DNA of 54,436 nt from Thainema sp. (GTDB lineage: Bacteria > Cyanobacteriota > Cyanobacteriia > Phormidesmidales > Phormidesmidaceae). Below are positions 28,342 through 37,249 of the stretch, one piece after another. The stretch covers positions 211-54,646 of the forward strand of contig JBQLZK010000051.1 in the NCBI GenBank assembly GCA_052168235.1, read 5' to 3'. A program made the position numbers and the translations under genes. The notes beneath the pieces were generated by a model. It searched no databases and had not been told where the DNA came from. It saw only the letters and a list, made by a program, of their open reading frames with translations. How positions within the stretch are numbered: the first letter of the stretch is position 1; every line of letters begins with the position of its first letter.

Positions 28342-28980
28342 CTACCGAGAACTTGCCATAACTAGAATACTCTCCGCATCCGCTAAAAAATGCCCGCAGC
28401 TAGGACATGCAGAATTTCTTAACCCCAGCGGATGAACGCTCTGGCATTTGGGACATTCTAAGCCGTAGCTAGATGATGAAGAGGAAGGAGAAGGTGCGTT
28501 CGACTTTGCCGCCTCGAAGAGAATCGCATCTTCTACTTTTGCTTCCCGACCAATGCTCAAAAACTGTGAAGGAGGTAGCCCTGTTGGCTCAAACCCGTTT
28601 GGTTGTTGACGAATCGGTTGACCTGATTGATGAACTGATCCAGCCGATCCAATCAGTTGAATGTGGGTCAGCTTTAGCTCTAGCTGCCCGAGCTGAATCA
28701 CGCTATCTAGGTTTAGGGCTGCCTCGCCTTCGATCAGCAGACCGCCATTGACCAACGGGGGATTTTTAGGCTGAAGATTGCGGATATAGAACCGCTGCCA
28801 GTTTGGTTTGAAGAAAATCTCAACGTGGGTTCTCGATACCGTTGGCTCCGACAGCACAAGATTGCAATACTGCGGATCGCGGCCAATGCGAATCACATCA
28901 GTAATCTGGTGTAGTTTGCAGCGGTAGGTTTCAGCCGATAGTCCTTGGACGTTGATTTGGGTCAGGGTCAGTTCATACAT
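28342..28980 (-). CDS. FHA domain protein with a C-terminal zinc ribbon
   Basis: IGRDP..PTVSRTHVEI FHA; CPKC...CPSC. Confidence 0.85.
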   Translation of the reverse strand: MYELTLTQINVQGLSAETYRCKLHQITDVIRIGRDPQYCNLVLSEPTVSRTHVEIFFKPNWQRFYIRNLQPKNPPLVNGGLLIEGEAALNLDSVIQLGQLELKLTHIQLIGSAGSVHQSGQPIRQQPNGFEPTGLPPSQFLSIGREAKVEDAILFEAAKSNAPSPSSSSSSYGLECPKCQSVHPLGLRNSACPSCGHFLADAESILVMASSR

Positions 28981-29068
28981 GGTGCAGGGCAGCCGTTTCG
29001 TCACATACTCAAAAATTCACGCTTATTCTGAGTATTCCCGGACGAGGGCTAAAATTCTTCTCCTTGCT

Positions 29069-29572
29069 TTACAAGGATTGGAGATCCTGGAGATCAAACT
29101 TAAATGAGTCTGTTGGCTGCTCAATCTCATCAGATGTCTGGTCTTCAAGTGTAAAATAGTAGTCGTTCACCCAGATTTGGTAAACCTGGCCTGTTTCAAT
29201 CGGCTGTTGCACCATGAACGGGACGGTAAATGGTTGATATTCTCCAACACAGTCTGAATGTGCTGGCAGGGTATGAAAGACGCGAATGCGAATTTCGGTG
29301 ACGTTTTCCGCTAGATTCTCTGCGCTTAGATTTTCTTCACTGGTTGGCGGTTGCTCAATCAGTTCAAGCGGCAGATCACACCCGTCGATGCGACTGCCCT
29401 CAATCCATAGCTGTAACTGCGTACCATTCTTACTAACCGAGACGAGGCGAATTGGTACATCTACCTGATTGCCAGTTTGAGTTTCGTTGGCCTGAGCCAC
29501 TGATGGAATGAAAAGGGAGAGAATACCAACGAGACAAAGCGTTTTCCAAGCAAAGCAACTAAACGTTAACAT
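29069..29572 (-). CDS. Hypothetical secreted protein
   Basis: Signal peptide (SVAQA); paired Cys; IWVN C-terminal strand. Confidence 0.65.
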   Translation of the reverse strand: MLTFSCFAWKTLCLVGILSLFIPSVAQANETQTGNQVDVPIRLVSVSKNGTQLQLWIEGSRIDGCDLPLELIEQPPTSEENLSAENLAENVTEIRIRVFHTLPAHSDCVGEYQPFTVPFMVQQPIETGQVYQIWVNDYYFTLEDQTSDEIEQPTDSFKFDLQDLQSL

Positions 29573-29711
29573 GTTGTCGATGAAATGTATTGAAGGTAAT
29601 TAGGTAGATGTAATACTAATCTAGATTGAAGATGAACAAAATAAATCCTTATCAAACAAGGACTTCTAACCACCTTGTTAAGGCAACCTCATAAAAAGTT
29701 GGTATCACAGC

Positions 29712-29906
29712 TTATATCAGTAGAGACACCACGACAATAGCAGCCAAAAGTGCAGTAAGCCAACCGATGGGGCCTAGAGTTGTTGATTCTGTAAGATCAA
29801 CCCTGTACTTGCAGTAAACGCATTCGAAGATCTCGCTGTCGTTATGAATACGTACAAATCCTGGCTTGCCACATTCGGGACATTCCAAAACAGTATCTCT
29901 GGACAT
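29712..29906 (-). CDS. Small zinc-ribbon membrane protein
   Basis: CPEC...CVYC followed by a C-terminal TM helix; AAGGGG RBS-like sequence before the ATG at 29906. Confidence 0.65.
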   Translation of the reverse strand: MSRDTVLECPECGKPGFVRIHNDSEIFECVYCKYRVDLTESTTLGPIGWLTALLAAIVVVSLLI

Positions 29907-30168
29907 GATTTCCCCCTTGGTAATCCACGGATTAGCCATAGAGCCAGTTCCGGAAGATATCTTCCTTCCCAGAGATTTAATTGTCATACTATTTCAAGCT
30001 CTATAGCCTTTGTATTCATTATCTCTCTAGTCTCAAAACTACGCGATAACAGATTGTGAATCTACTCATATTTTGTACATTGTAAATTAAGAACTTAAAA
30101 CGAGAATTTTGATTCAAAATGCGCACTGAATTACTGCATTAAACATCTTTCGATGTAGTGCAATTTTA

Positions 30169-31089
30169 TCAATAGGTAGATTTGAATTTGAGAGATGTGC
30201 TGGTGTAGATTAATAATGCACACCAAATCAGACCAAATGTAATCAGGTGAGTTTGAGTAAACGGTTCGTTGTATAAAAACACGCCTAGAAGTAGCTGAAG
30301 CGATGGCGCAAAATATTGCAGAAAGCCGAGGGTTGATAGCTGTAACCGCTTGGCGGCATTGTTGAACCACAGGAGCGGAAACGAGGTGGTAATACCTGCA
30401 CCGATAAACAGCAGCGTCAACGGCAGCGACAGGCCAAAATGCCCCACGCCTGTTATGGCCCAGTATGAAACAAATAGGAGCGCAATAGGAGTAATCAGCA
30501 GAGTTTCGACCGCTAGACCAACCAGTGGAGCAACGGGTACAAGTTTACGCAGAAGGCCATAAAACGCAAACGTGAATGCGAGTCCCAGCGCAATCCACGG
30601 TACGGCGTTGAACTGCCAAATGAAAAACGCTACCCCAACCGTCGCCAGTACTACCGCAATCTGCTGTCCGCGATGGAGACGCTCCTTGAGGAAAATAAAG
30701 CCCAGCAGGACGCTGACGAGGGGATTGATGAAATAGCCCAAGCTGGTTTCGACAACGCGATCGCTATTTACACCGTAGATATATAAACCCCAGTTCAGCG
30801 CTAGTAAACAAGCAGTTAGCAGGAGTCCTCCAATTCGCTGCGGAGATTGCCAAAGCTCCACTAGCTCTGCTTTACGTTGCTGGATGAGTAGCACCACGCC
30901 CAGAAAAGCAACCGACCAAATGATGCGGTGACAAAGCACTTCAACCGCAGGCACTTGGCCAAACAGCTTCCAGTAAATAGGTAAGAGGCCCCAAGCCGTA
31001 TAAGCCAGGACAGCATATAGAATCCCAGTCAGAGAGTTAGCTTTAGATGGAGACAAAAGAAAATTACCGTATATTTCTACTGATACCAA
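30169..31089 (-). CDS. rarD: EamA-family transporter RarD
   Basis: WGLLPIYWK, ETSLGYFINPL, LGFLQYFAPSLQ. Confidence 0.92.
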   Translation of the reverse strand: MVSVEIYGNFLLSPSKANSLTGILYAVLAYTAWGLLPIYWKLFGQVPAVEVLCHRIIWSVAFLGVVLLIQQRKAELVELWQSPQRIGGLLLTACLLALNWGLYIYGVNSDRVVETSLGYFINPLVSVLLGFIFLKERLHRGQQIAVVLATVGVAFFIWQFNAVPWIALGLAFTFAFYGLLRKLVPVAPLVGLAVETLLITPIALLFVSYWAITGVGHFGLSLPLTLLFIGAGITTSFPLLWFNNAAKRLQLSTLGFLQYFAPSLQLLLGVFLYNEPFTQTHLITFGLIWCALLIYTSTSLKFKSTY

Positions 31090-31331
31090 TCTACTAGTAA
31101 TCTTCCAGACAGGGCGTGTGAATCAAGTCCGTGTAGTTGAAAATATGTGGAAAGTTTTCTGCAATACACAAAGTTAATAAGGACAATATGAAGACTCCAC
31201 CGATCTAGCTAGTTCAAGCCCGTAGGTGGGCATGCTCTAGCTAACTGCACCATTTGGGGATGTTAAGGTGGACATTTACATCAGTAAATCATCGGGTGCT
31301 GTGATGATAAAGTTTGCGTGGGTGCTACTGC

Positions 31332-31859
31332 ATGGAATCGCAGGGAAAATTTGTTGTCATTGTCTTTCCTCATGGACTACAAGGTAAAATTTGGTCCACA
31401 ATTTTGCGATCGCAATCCCTTTCGGTCATCTGGGAATCACCAGATGTCTCACTGCCGCGTACGCTCAAAACGCTGCACGAGCAGAACAGTGTCCCCGACT
31501 TGCTGATTATTGATACCCGTCTCCGCCATCTCCAGCCGTTTCACATCTGCCGCTGGTGCCAAGCATACTGCCCTGAGGTAAATGTGCTGCTGGTCAACGG
31601 TGCACAGCCTCGCATTCTGGCAACCGAGCGACAGTGGGCTATTGCTCAGGGCGCGGCAGACTTGCTGCCTCGCATTTGCCAGGATGCATTGATCAGCAAC
31701 GCTGCCGCCAATCTACGCTGCGCGCTCGATCTGCTGAGTATCCAACCGTTTGAGCAACAGGAATTTATCAGCACGCTACTCAAAATGGGACTGAAATCTC
31801 AGTCCCACTCATTTAACCAGCGCAAAACGCATCTGCGATCGCAGTTAATTTCGCAATAG
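31332..31859 (+). CDS. Atypical receiver-like (CheY-fold) protein
   Basis: PDLLIIDTR, WAIAQGAADLLP; lacks the N-terminal acidic pair and the conserved Lys. Confidence 0.65.
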   Translation: MESQGKFVVIVFPHGLQGKIWSTILRSQSLSVIWESPDVSLPRTLKTLHEQNSVPDLLIIDTRLRHLQPFHICRWCQAYCPEVNVLLVNGAQPRILATERQWAIAQGAADLLPRICQDALISNAAANLRCALDLLSIQPFEQQEFISTLLKMGLKSQSHSFNQRKTHLRSQLISQ

Positions 31860-31942
31860 TTTTCAGGATTTGGAAACGTGAGGCAAGAGGAGTGAGGAGT
31901 AAGGTGTGTTCCTTCCTGCACTCAGTCCTCCGCACTCTACCA

Positions 31943-32875
31943 CTACGTTGTAGAACCAACTGACGCAGTTGCGATCGCGGGTTCAGTCTCTGCTGTGTTT
32001 GCCTCTGCTGGTTTTGCCTCGGTTTTTGCACTTGTTTGGCTTGATGTTTGGGTTGAATTGAGGGCTTGTCCATCAATGATTGGGGAGTGAGATGCTAAGT
32101 CATACTCATAATCATTGGGCAAAATGTGGACTTTCACATTGCACAGCGCCAAATCTTCGTCGCGCAGGATTTCTGAGAGGTTGCTATAGCTGAGTTCTGC
32201 CATATCGACCACCGTTACAGCCCCTTCACCCACAACTCTCAGCCGATCACCGTCCACCACAACTGCCGTATTTTCATCAATACCTAAACCCAGTGAAATC
32301 GACTGCTGCGCCATTGCGGCCATTAGCCGACCGATGCGGCCTCGCTGGGCAAAGTGCTGATCAATGGCTACTCCGGGCAAGAAGCCCATGCCTGGCCCCA
32401 TCATCACAATTTCGACTCTTGGATTGGTTTCAGAATCGCCTTCCACAATCATCATGTCCGGCATCATTGCAGCACCTGCACTAGTGCCACCAATCACCAA
32501 GCCTTCTGCATGGCGTTCGTGGAGCAGTCGGTCAATCTCCGTGTCTTTGAGAATTTCAGTAATTCGCGATTGGTCGCCGCCTGTAAAAAACACTCCGGTT
32601 GCTTGCCGAATGGCTTCCAGGGCGCGGGGCGCGTCGGCATCTTCTCGGTAGACGGTATCGATAATTTGAATCTCTTCTACGCCTAAGCGTTCAAAGGTAC
32701 GAATATAGTCATCACCGACTTCGCGCGTCAGTTCTGTTGCCACGGTCATGACTACAATCTTGGCATCCAGTCCGCCAGCACAGCGGAGAAATTCGCGTAA
32801 AACTTGACATTCGCCATCTCGATCCTCAGCTCCACCAATGATCACGAGCTGTCCCTGTTGACGAGTTGTAGCCAT
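31943..32875 (-). CDS. cphB: Cyanophycinase (peptidase S51)
   Basis: IIGGAED, FFTGGDQ, GGTSAGAA nucleophile motif, IDQHF..RGR, GIDENT. Confidence 0.92.
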   Translation of the reverse strand: MATTRQQGQLVIIGGAEDRDGECQVLREFLRCAGGLDAKIVVMTVATELTREVGDDYIRTFERLGVEEIQIIDTVYREDADAPRALEAIRQATGVFFTGGDQSRITEILKDTEIDRLLHERHAEGLVIGGTSAGAAMMPDMMIVEGDSETNPRVEIVMMGPGMGFLPGVAIDQHFAQRGRIGRLMAAMAQQSISLGLGIDENTAVVVDGDRLRVVGEGAVTVVDMAELSYSNLSEILRDEDLALCNVKVHILPNDYEYDLASHSPIIDGQALNSTQTSSQTSAKTEAKPAEANTAETEPAIATASVGSTT

Positions 32876-33371
32876 AGAGCCTCCAAAGCCCTTGAAGAAA
32901 GAAAAATAAGTAAAGTAAAAATCAGCAAACTGGCTGCTGATTCAAACTTAGTCATCTCGTACCTTGCACTAGTCTCAAAACTTGCCCGAAAAGGCAGGAA
33001 GGGTATTTTGTCGCCGCAACGCATTGGCAAAATACCCGCTTGGGTTTTGGTTGTAAGGTGCAAGAGCAAACATTCGTATTTTCACAGCATACGCTTAGGT
33101 GTTGTAAAACTGTCTCTGTCCACAGACAGAATGTATTACCTGTTACCGTTTCTGCCGTGCCGCTACAGGTTAACCGCCCAAAAAACAGGGTGCAAGTGCG
33201 ATCGCATTCGCCTCCTGTCTCTGTCTTGCAGGTGAGCCGAATATATCTCGGGGTAGAAGGAAAAAAATCCTGCTTCCTCATAAGATGCGAGTCAGCTTTG
33301 GACTCTGTGTGATGTCTAGAGCGATGTCTATGTACAGCAACTTTGTCTGATCTGATCACCGGGAGGTTTTT

Positions 33372-33713
33372 ATGCAGTATGTATTTTCAATCCTAAAGCG
33401 AATGGTAAGTCGCATCGCGCTTGTGCTGATGCTGGTGGGTGCGCTCGGCAGTTTGGCTGCACCCGCTTTAGCGGCGGATACGGATTACTATGGTACCTCA
33501 CGGACACCTGTTAATCAGTCGGTAGACAAGCAAGGTGTGGTATCAGACGAGGGGCAAAACCAACAGCTTAGACAGGCTCGCGATAAGTCTCAAGCTGCAG
33601 ATTACAAGCGAGAATCTTACGACGAAATGGCGGAAGAGGTGGCAAATCCTCGCGGCATTGAGAAGGAATACGAAGAGAATCTCAAAGTTTATCGACAGTC
33701 TCAAAAAGACTAG
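33372..33713 (+). CDS. Hypothetical secreted protein
   Basis: GGAGG RBS; signal peptide ending APALA; charged mature region. Confidence 0.7.
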   Translation: MQYVFSILKRMVSRIALVLMLVGALGSLAAPALAADTDYYGTSRTPVNQSVDKQGVVSDEGQNQQLRQARDKSQAADYKRESYDEMAEEVANPRGIEKEYEENLKVYRQSQKD

Positions 33714-33729
33714 TTTGATTTAGTAGGCT

Positions 33730-33840
33730 TTAGGCAACGTGCGATCGCAAGCGATTCCTGAGATGAGTCAATCCAATCGGATTGGCTCTTTTTGTAACTG
33801 CATAGGCTTGCCAAAAATCAGGAGTTGCGAAGGACTTCAT
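33730..33840 (-). pseudogene. Truncated RelE/ParE-like toxin remnant
   Basis: ATG at 33840 overlaps the antitoxin end and gives MKSFATPDFWQAYA, then loses toxin-like character and stops after 36 aa. Confidence 0.55.
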
Positions 33841-34039
33841 CTAGATCCCTCACTTGATTGGCTGAGATGTCGGCTTCTGCTTTAGCAATGAGCTGATCTA
33901 ATTTTCCAGATGCGGCATCAGCTTCGATTTGGTGATCCCACATTTCATCTAGATAGTCTTGCAGCCACGCGGAAAGCTGACGGGCATCTTCTTCGGGTAA
34001 TTGTTTAATTGCTGCTTCAATTTCAGGTAGTGTTGTCAT
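33818..34039 (-). CDS. Putative type II antitoxin (73 aa)
   Basis: MTTLPEIEAAIKQLP..WDHQIEADAASGKLDQL; acidic small protein of a type usually found upstream of ParE-like toxins. Confidence 0.7.
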   Translation of the reverse strand: MTTLPEIEAAIKQLPEEDARQLSAWLQDYLDEMWDHQIEADAASGKLDQLIAKAEADISANQVRDLDEVLRNS

Positions 34040-34165
34040 AAAAAATGTTGGAAATCTTGTCCTAATGCTAGCAGAGCGAGTTGTGTAGGGTTGCGATCGC
34101 GCTTTCCCCCTACATTTGGGTTGGCAGGTACAATTCAAAAATTCGATTTACGTACTTATCGATCT

Positions 34166-37129
34166 TTATTCCCACTGCTTTTGAAGATGGTATTCTACAG
34201 TTTCTAGTCCTATTTCTTCATCCCAACCATACCAATCTGCAATGGTGTCCGGTAGCCTTGCACAATCACGATTAGGATCAATATCTGTAATGTCTGATGG
34301 TAGAGCCACATTACAAAGATATGGACGATTCTCTCCAGCTAATTGAGATGATGAGAGATTTTGCGCTTTGCGTAAGTCTGTACTGAGTAAAATGGTGCCA
34401 TTAAAGTTGACTCCTTCAAGATCGGCACCACTAAGATCGGCACCACTAAGATCAGAGTTGCAAAAATCTGCACCATTGAGCTTGGCATTCTGGAAATTAG
34501 CCTCGTTAAGATGAGCATAACTAAAGTCAGTGTGTTGCGAGTTCGTGCTACTAAAATTAGCTTTTTGGAGAAAAGCACCACTAAAATTAGCTTCGTAAAG
34601 AAGTGAGCTGCTCAGATCAACATTCTTCAATCTTGCCTCACTCAGGCTAGCTCTTTTAAGATTTGCCTTAACTAAGCTCACATCATACAACTTTGCCCTG
34701 CGTAAATTTATATTTGTCAAATCTGAATTTTTTAGATCCGTTCCGCATAGGTTAGCATTATATAAATCTTGAGCAATCAAAGTGCAATTACTTAAATTCA
34801 GGTAGTCTAAAGATTGGATAATAATTGATACATCGTCCTGATTAATACGTTGGCCTTGTAAAACACGAATTAACCCGCCAAAAGACTGAGGCCAAGGCCA
34901 ATCAATATTAGATGGATGTTTAGTTACATGAGCACAAGCATGAAGAGCAGCAAACAATGCTTCTTCGGCATGACGTGATCGAATAGCTTCACTTCTAAAC
35001 GTGCCGCGTGGTGTTAGCTCTTCCATCGGCATCCAAGATCGAATCATGCGGTTTACTAAATGCACCAGTGTCTGTTGCCATTTAACTAGGGTTTCCGTTG
35101 TTTGTAATTTTGCTTCGTCTTTTAAGAAGTCAAATAAATAGGAACTCATACGAGTAGGACTAGCACAAACCTGCGCCCAATGAACTAGCGCTTGATGAGC
35201 ATCCCAACATTCATCAATATCGCTTTCGTTCATCTTGGAGTGAATACGGGCAATACATCGCACAATTCGTCGTGCCGTCAGATATTCGCCAAAGCTTTTG
35301 TGCGTGAACTCAAACGTTCGTTCTCCATCGCGTACACCGCCACTTTGCCGAAAGTAAAATGCTGCTAGCAGTCGCGTGACTCCTGTCTGTGCGCCTTCTT
35401 CAAAAACAGTAAGCAATCGCCGTAAGCCGCTGGTATCACAATGGTTTTCAATCTCTTTGACTGTTGTTGTGCGCCCATCACCATGCCAGGAGGCCAGTGC
35501 AATTTCTTCCAAAATCCGAATGAAATCGCTTTCCTTCATTCCCTGAATCGTGGCGTGAACGGTGACATTACGATTTCGTTCATAGCCTCGCTCATACACA
35601 GCTTTCAGTAAGCTAAAGTAAATTTCATTTAGATTCGTTTCCGCTGTAAACACCAGCTTCCCAGAGGTATAGCTAAGTGCTACTAAATAATTCAGCAATG
35701 GTTGCGATGTAATTTCTACCAGGTTGCCCCGATCCAATTCAGCAGGCAATCCCGTGTAACCCTGTCCACTTATTGACCCGTATAGCTGCCACCAATTCTG
35801 ACGGCGATCTTGTGCTAATCGTTGCTCATGATCCACATAGACATCATCACCATCTTTTTCCCGTTTTGCCTCTGGCATGAAATAGGGCAATAGATGCAGA
35901 ACTTGGCGCGGCTGACGAAACTCGCTGCTGTTATCTTGGACGACAATTTCACGCCCCGTAATCAGCACTTGCAGCACCAGTTCCCGCTGATTGTAGCGAT
36001 CGACATTTTTTTGAACTTCTCGAATGAATCCTTGCGCTACCTCCTTAGCAATTCGTCCCTGCATTGCCAACTCATCCAATCCATCAAAGATAATCAGCAG
36101 GCGGTTTGTGGCATTAAGCTGTTTAGGATTCAGTGGGCTAGTGTCTAGATAAGAATCGTAGTGAATAAAATTGGCAACAGCCGTTTCCAAATCTCCTGAT
36201 GGATCAAACTGATGCAGGGGAATAAACAAAACTGATCGACCGTGTTCTGCTTGGTGCGCCGCAAAAATCTTGGCAAATGAAGACTTCCCAGAGCCGGGGC
36301 CACCGCTGATAATGCGAATTGCGTCATTTCTAGCTGCTGTGCTTAGCCACTGGTTAAGGTCGTCCTCTAGGTCAATCACAACCCGCTCATGGCGTTTCCC
36401 CGATGAACTGTAGCTGACCAATTTTTCTTCCTGCTGTTGCCGATAGTAGGCCAATTGCGACACATAAATCTGACGCAAACCAAACGGTTCCAAGAACATT
36501 GGCTCATCGATTTGCTTTTGCAACCAGGCCCGGTAGAGTCGCCATTCCTGCTCTTGCCGAACGGCCTGTGTAAAAGGTGTCGCCAAGCTATCCACCAAAA
36601 TGGCGTATTCACTGGAGCGCGATCGCCATTCTTGTTCGAGGGCAAACACAAAATAGGATGGTAACCGTGCAGCAATGGCCTCAGCCTGCTGTGGGTTAGC
36701 TAAAAATGGCGCAAGAAACTGCGTCAGCGGCACCTGCAAATCAACCAAGATAGGCAAGCTTTTCGGCTGTTCAAAAAAGTGAGCGTCAATCGTCAGTTCT
36801 GATTCTTCAAGCGACAAATCTAAGTGATCGCAAAGTTGATCCAGATCCTCTGGTCGCTGCTCCATTAGGTCTTGGCTTTCGGCAATCAGGCTTTCCATTG
36901 CCTTTGCCAATGTGCGATAAATCAGCAGCCAAGCAATTTGACCTGGATCATTGCCGAGTCCCACTGCTACCGAAGCATCAATTAAATCTTTGCCCAGTCC
37001 AGCCCACTGTCCAGTCGCCGCATTAATACCGCCGCTGCCTAACGCTTTGAATAAGTCCTTAAAATTCGCCTTCAGTGGTCGATTCCAAACTTTAATCGGA
37101 TGCCGCAGAGATAAACCAGAGTGGGTCAT
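34166..37129 (-). CDS. NACHT-type STAND NTPase with an N-terminal helical domain and C-terminal pentapeptide repeats
   Basis: Walker A GGPGSGKS, Walker B IIFDGLDE, ITGRE, FEFTHKSFGEYL, A(D/N)LxxA repeats. Confidence 0.88.
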   Translation of the reverse strand: MTHSGLSLRHPIKVWNRPLKANFKDLFKALGSGGINAATGQWAGLGKDLIDASVAVGLGNDPGQIAWLLIYRTLAKAMESLIAESQDLMEQRPEDLDQLCDHLDLSLEESELTIDAHFFEQPKSLPILVDLQVPLTQFLAPFLANPQQAEAIAARLPSYFVFALEQEWRSRSSEYAILVDSLATPFTQAVRQEQEWRLYRAWLQKQIDEPMFLEPFGLRQIYVSQLAYYRQQQEEKLVSYSSSGKRHERVVIDLEDDLNQWLSTAARNDAIRIISGGPGSGKSSFAKIFAAHQAEHGRSVLFIPLHQFDPSGDLETAVANFIHYDSYLDTSPLNPKQLNATNRLLIIFDGLDELAMQGRIAKEVAQGFIREVQKNVDRYNQRELVLQVLITGREIVVQDNSSEFRQPRQVLHLLPYFMPEAKREKDGDDVYVDHEQRLAQDRRQNWWQLYGSISGQGYTGLPAELDRGNLVEITSQPLLNYLVALSYTSGKLVFTAETNLNEIYFSLLKAVYERGYERNRNVTVHATIQGMKESDFIRILEEIALASWHGDGRTTTVKEIENHCDTSGLRRLLTVFEEGAQTGVTRLLAAFYFRQSGGVRDGERTFEFTHKSFGEYLTARRIVRCIARIHSKMNESDIDECWDAHQALVHWAQVCASPTRMSSYLFDFLKDEAKLQTTETLVKWQQTLVHLVNRMIRSWMPMEELTPRGTFRSEAIRSRHAEEALFAALHACAHVTKHPSNIDWPWPQSFGGLIRVLQGQRINQDDVSIIIQSLDYLNLSNCTLIAQDLYNANLCGTDLKNSDLTNINLRRAKLYDVSLVKANLKRASLSEARLKNVDLSSSLLYEANFSGAFLQKANFSSTNSQHTDFSYAHLNEANFQNAKLNGADFCNSDLSGADLSGADLEGVNFNGTILLSTDLRKAQNLSSSQLAGENRPYLCNVALPSDITDIDPNRDCARLPDTIADWYGWDEEIGLETVEYHLQKQWE

Positions 37130-37249
37130 GACAGGGTGAGAAAAAACTAACCCCAAGATAGCCTGACTATTCTGACCCAACAACAAAAGTTATGTTTCAA
37201 GACAAGACTCAAAGCACAACGAGCAATGAGTAGTGCGAAAAATTATTCC

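Noticed and set aside
32804..33359. ORFs of 75-143 aa in the cphB upstream region
   Set aside because: They overlap each other, have no recognisable motifs or RBS, and lie in a divergent promoter region with palindromes.
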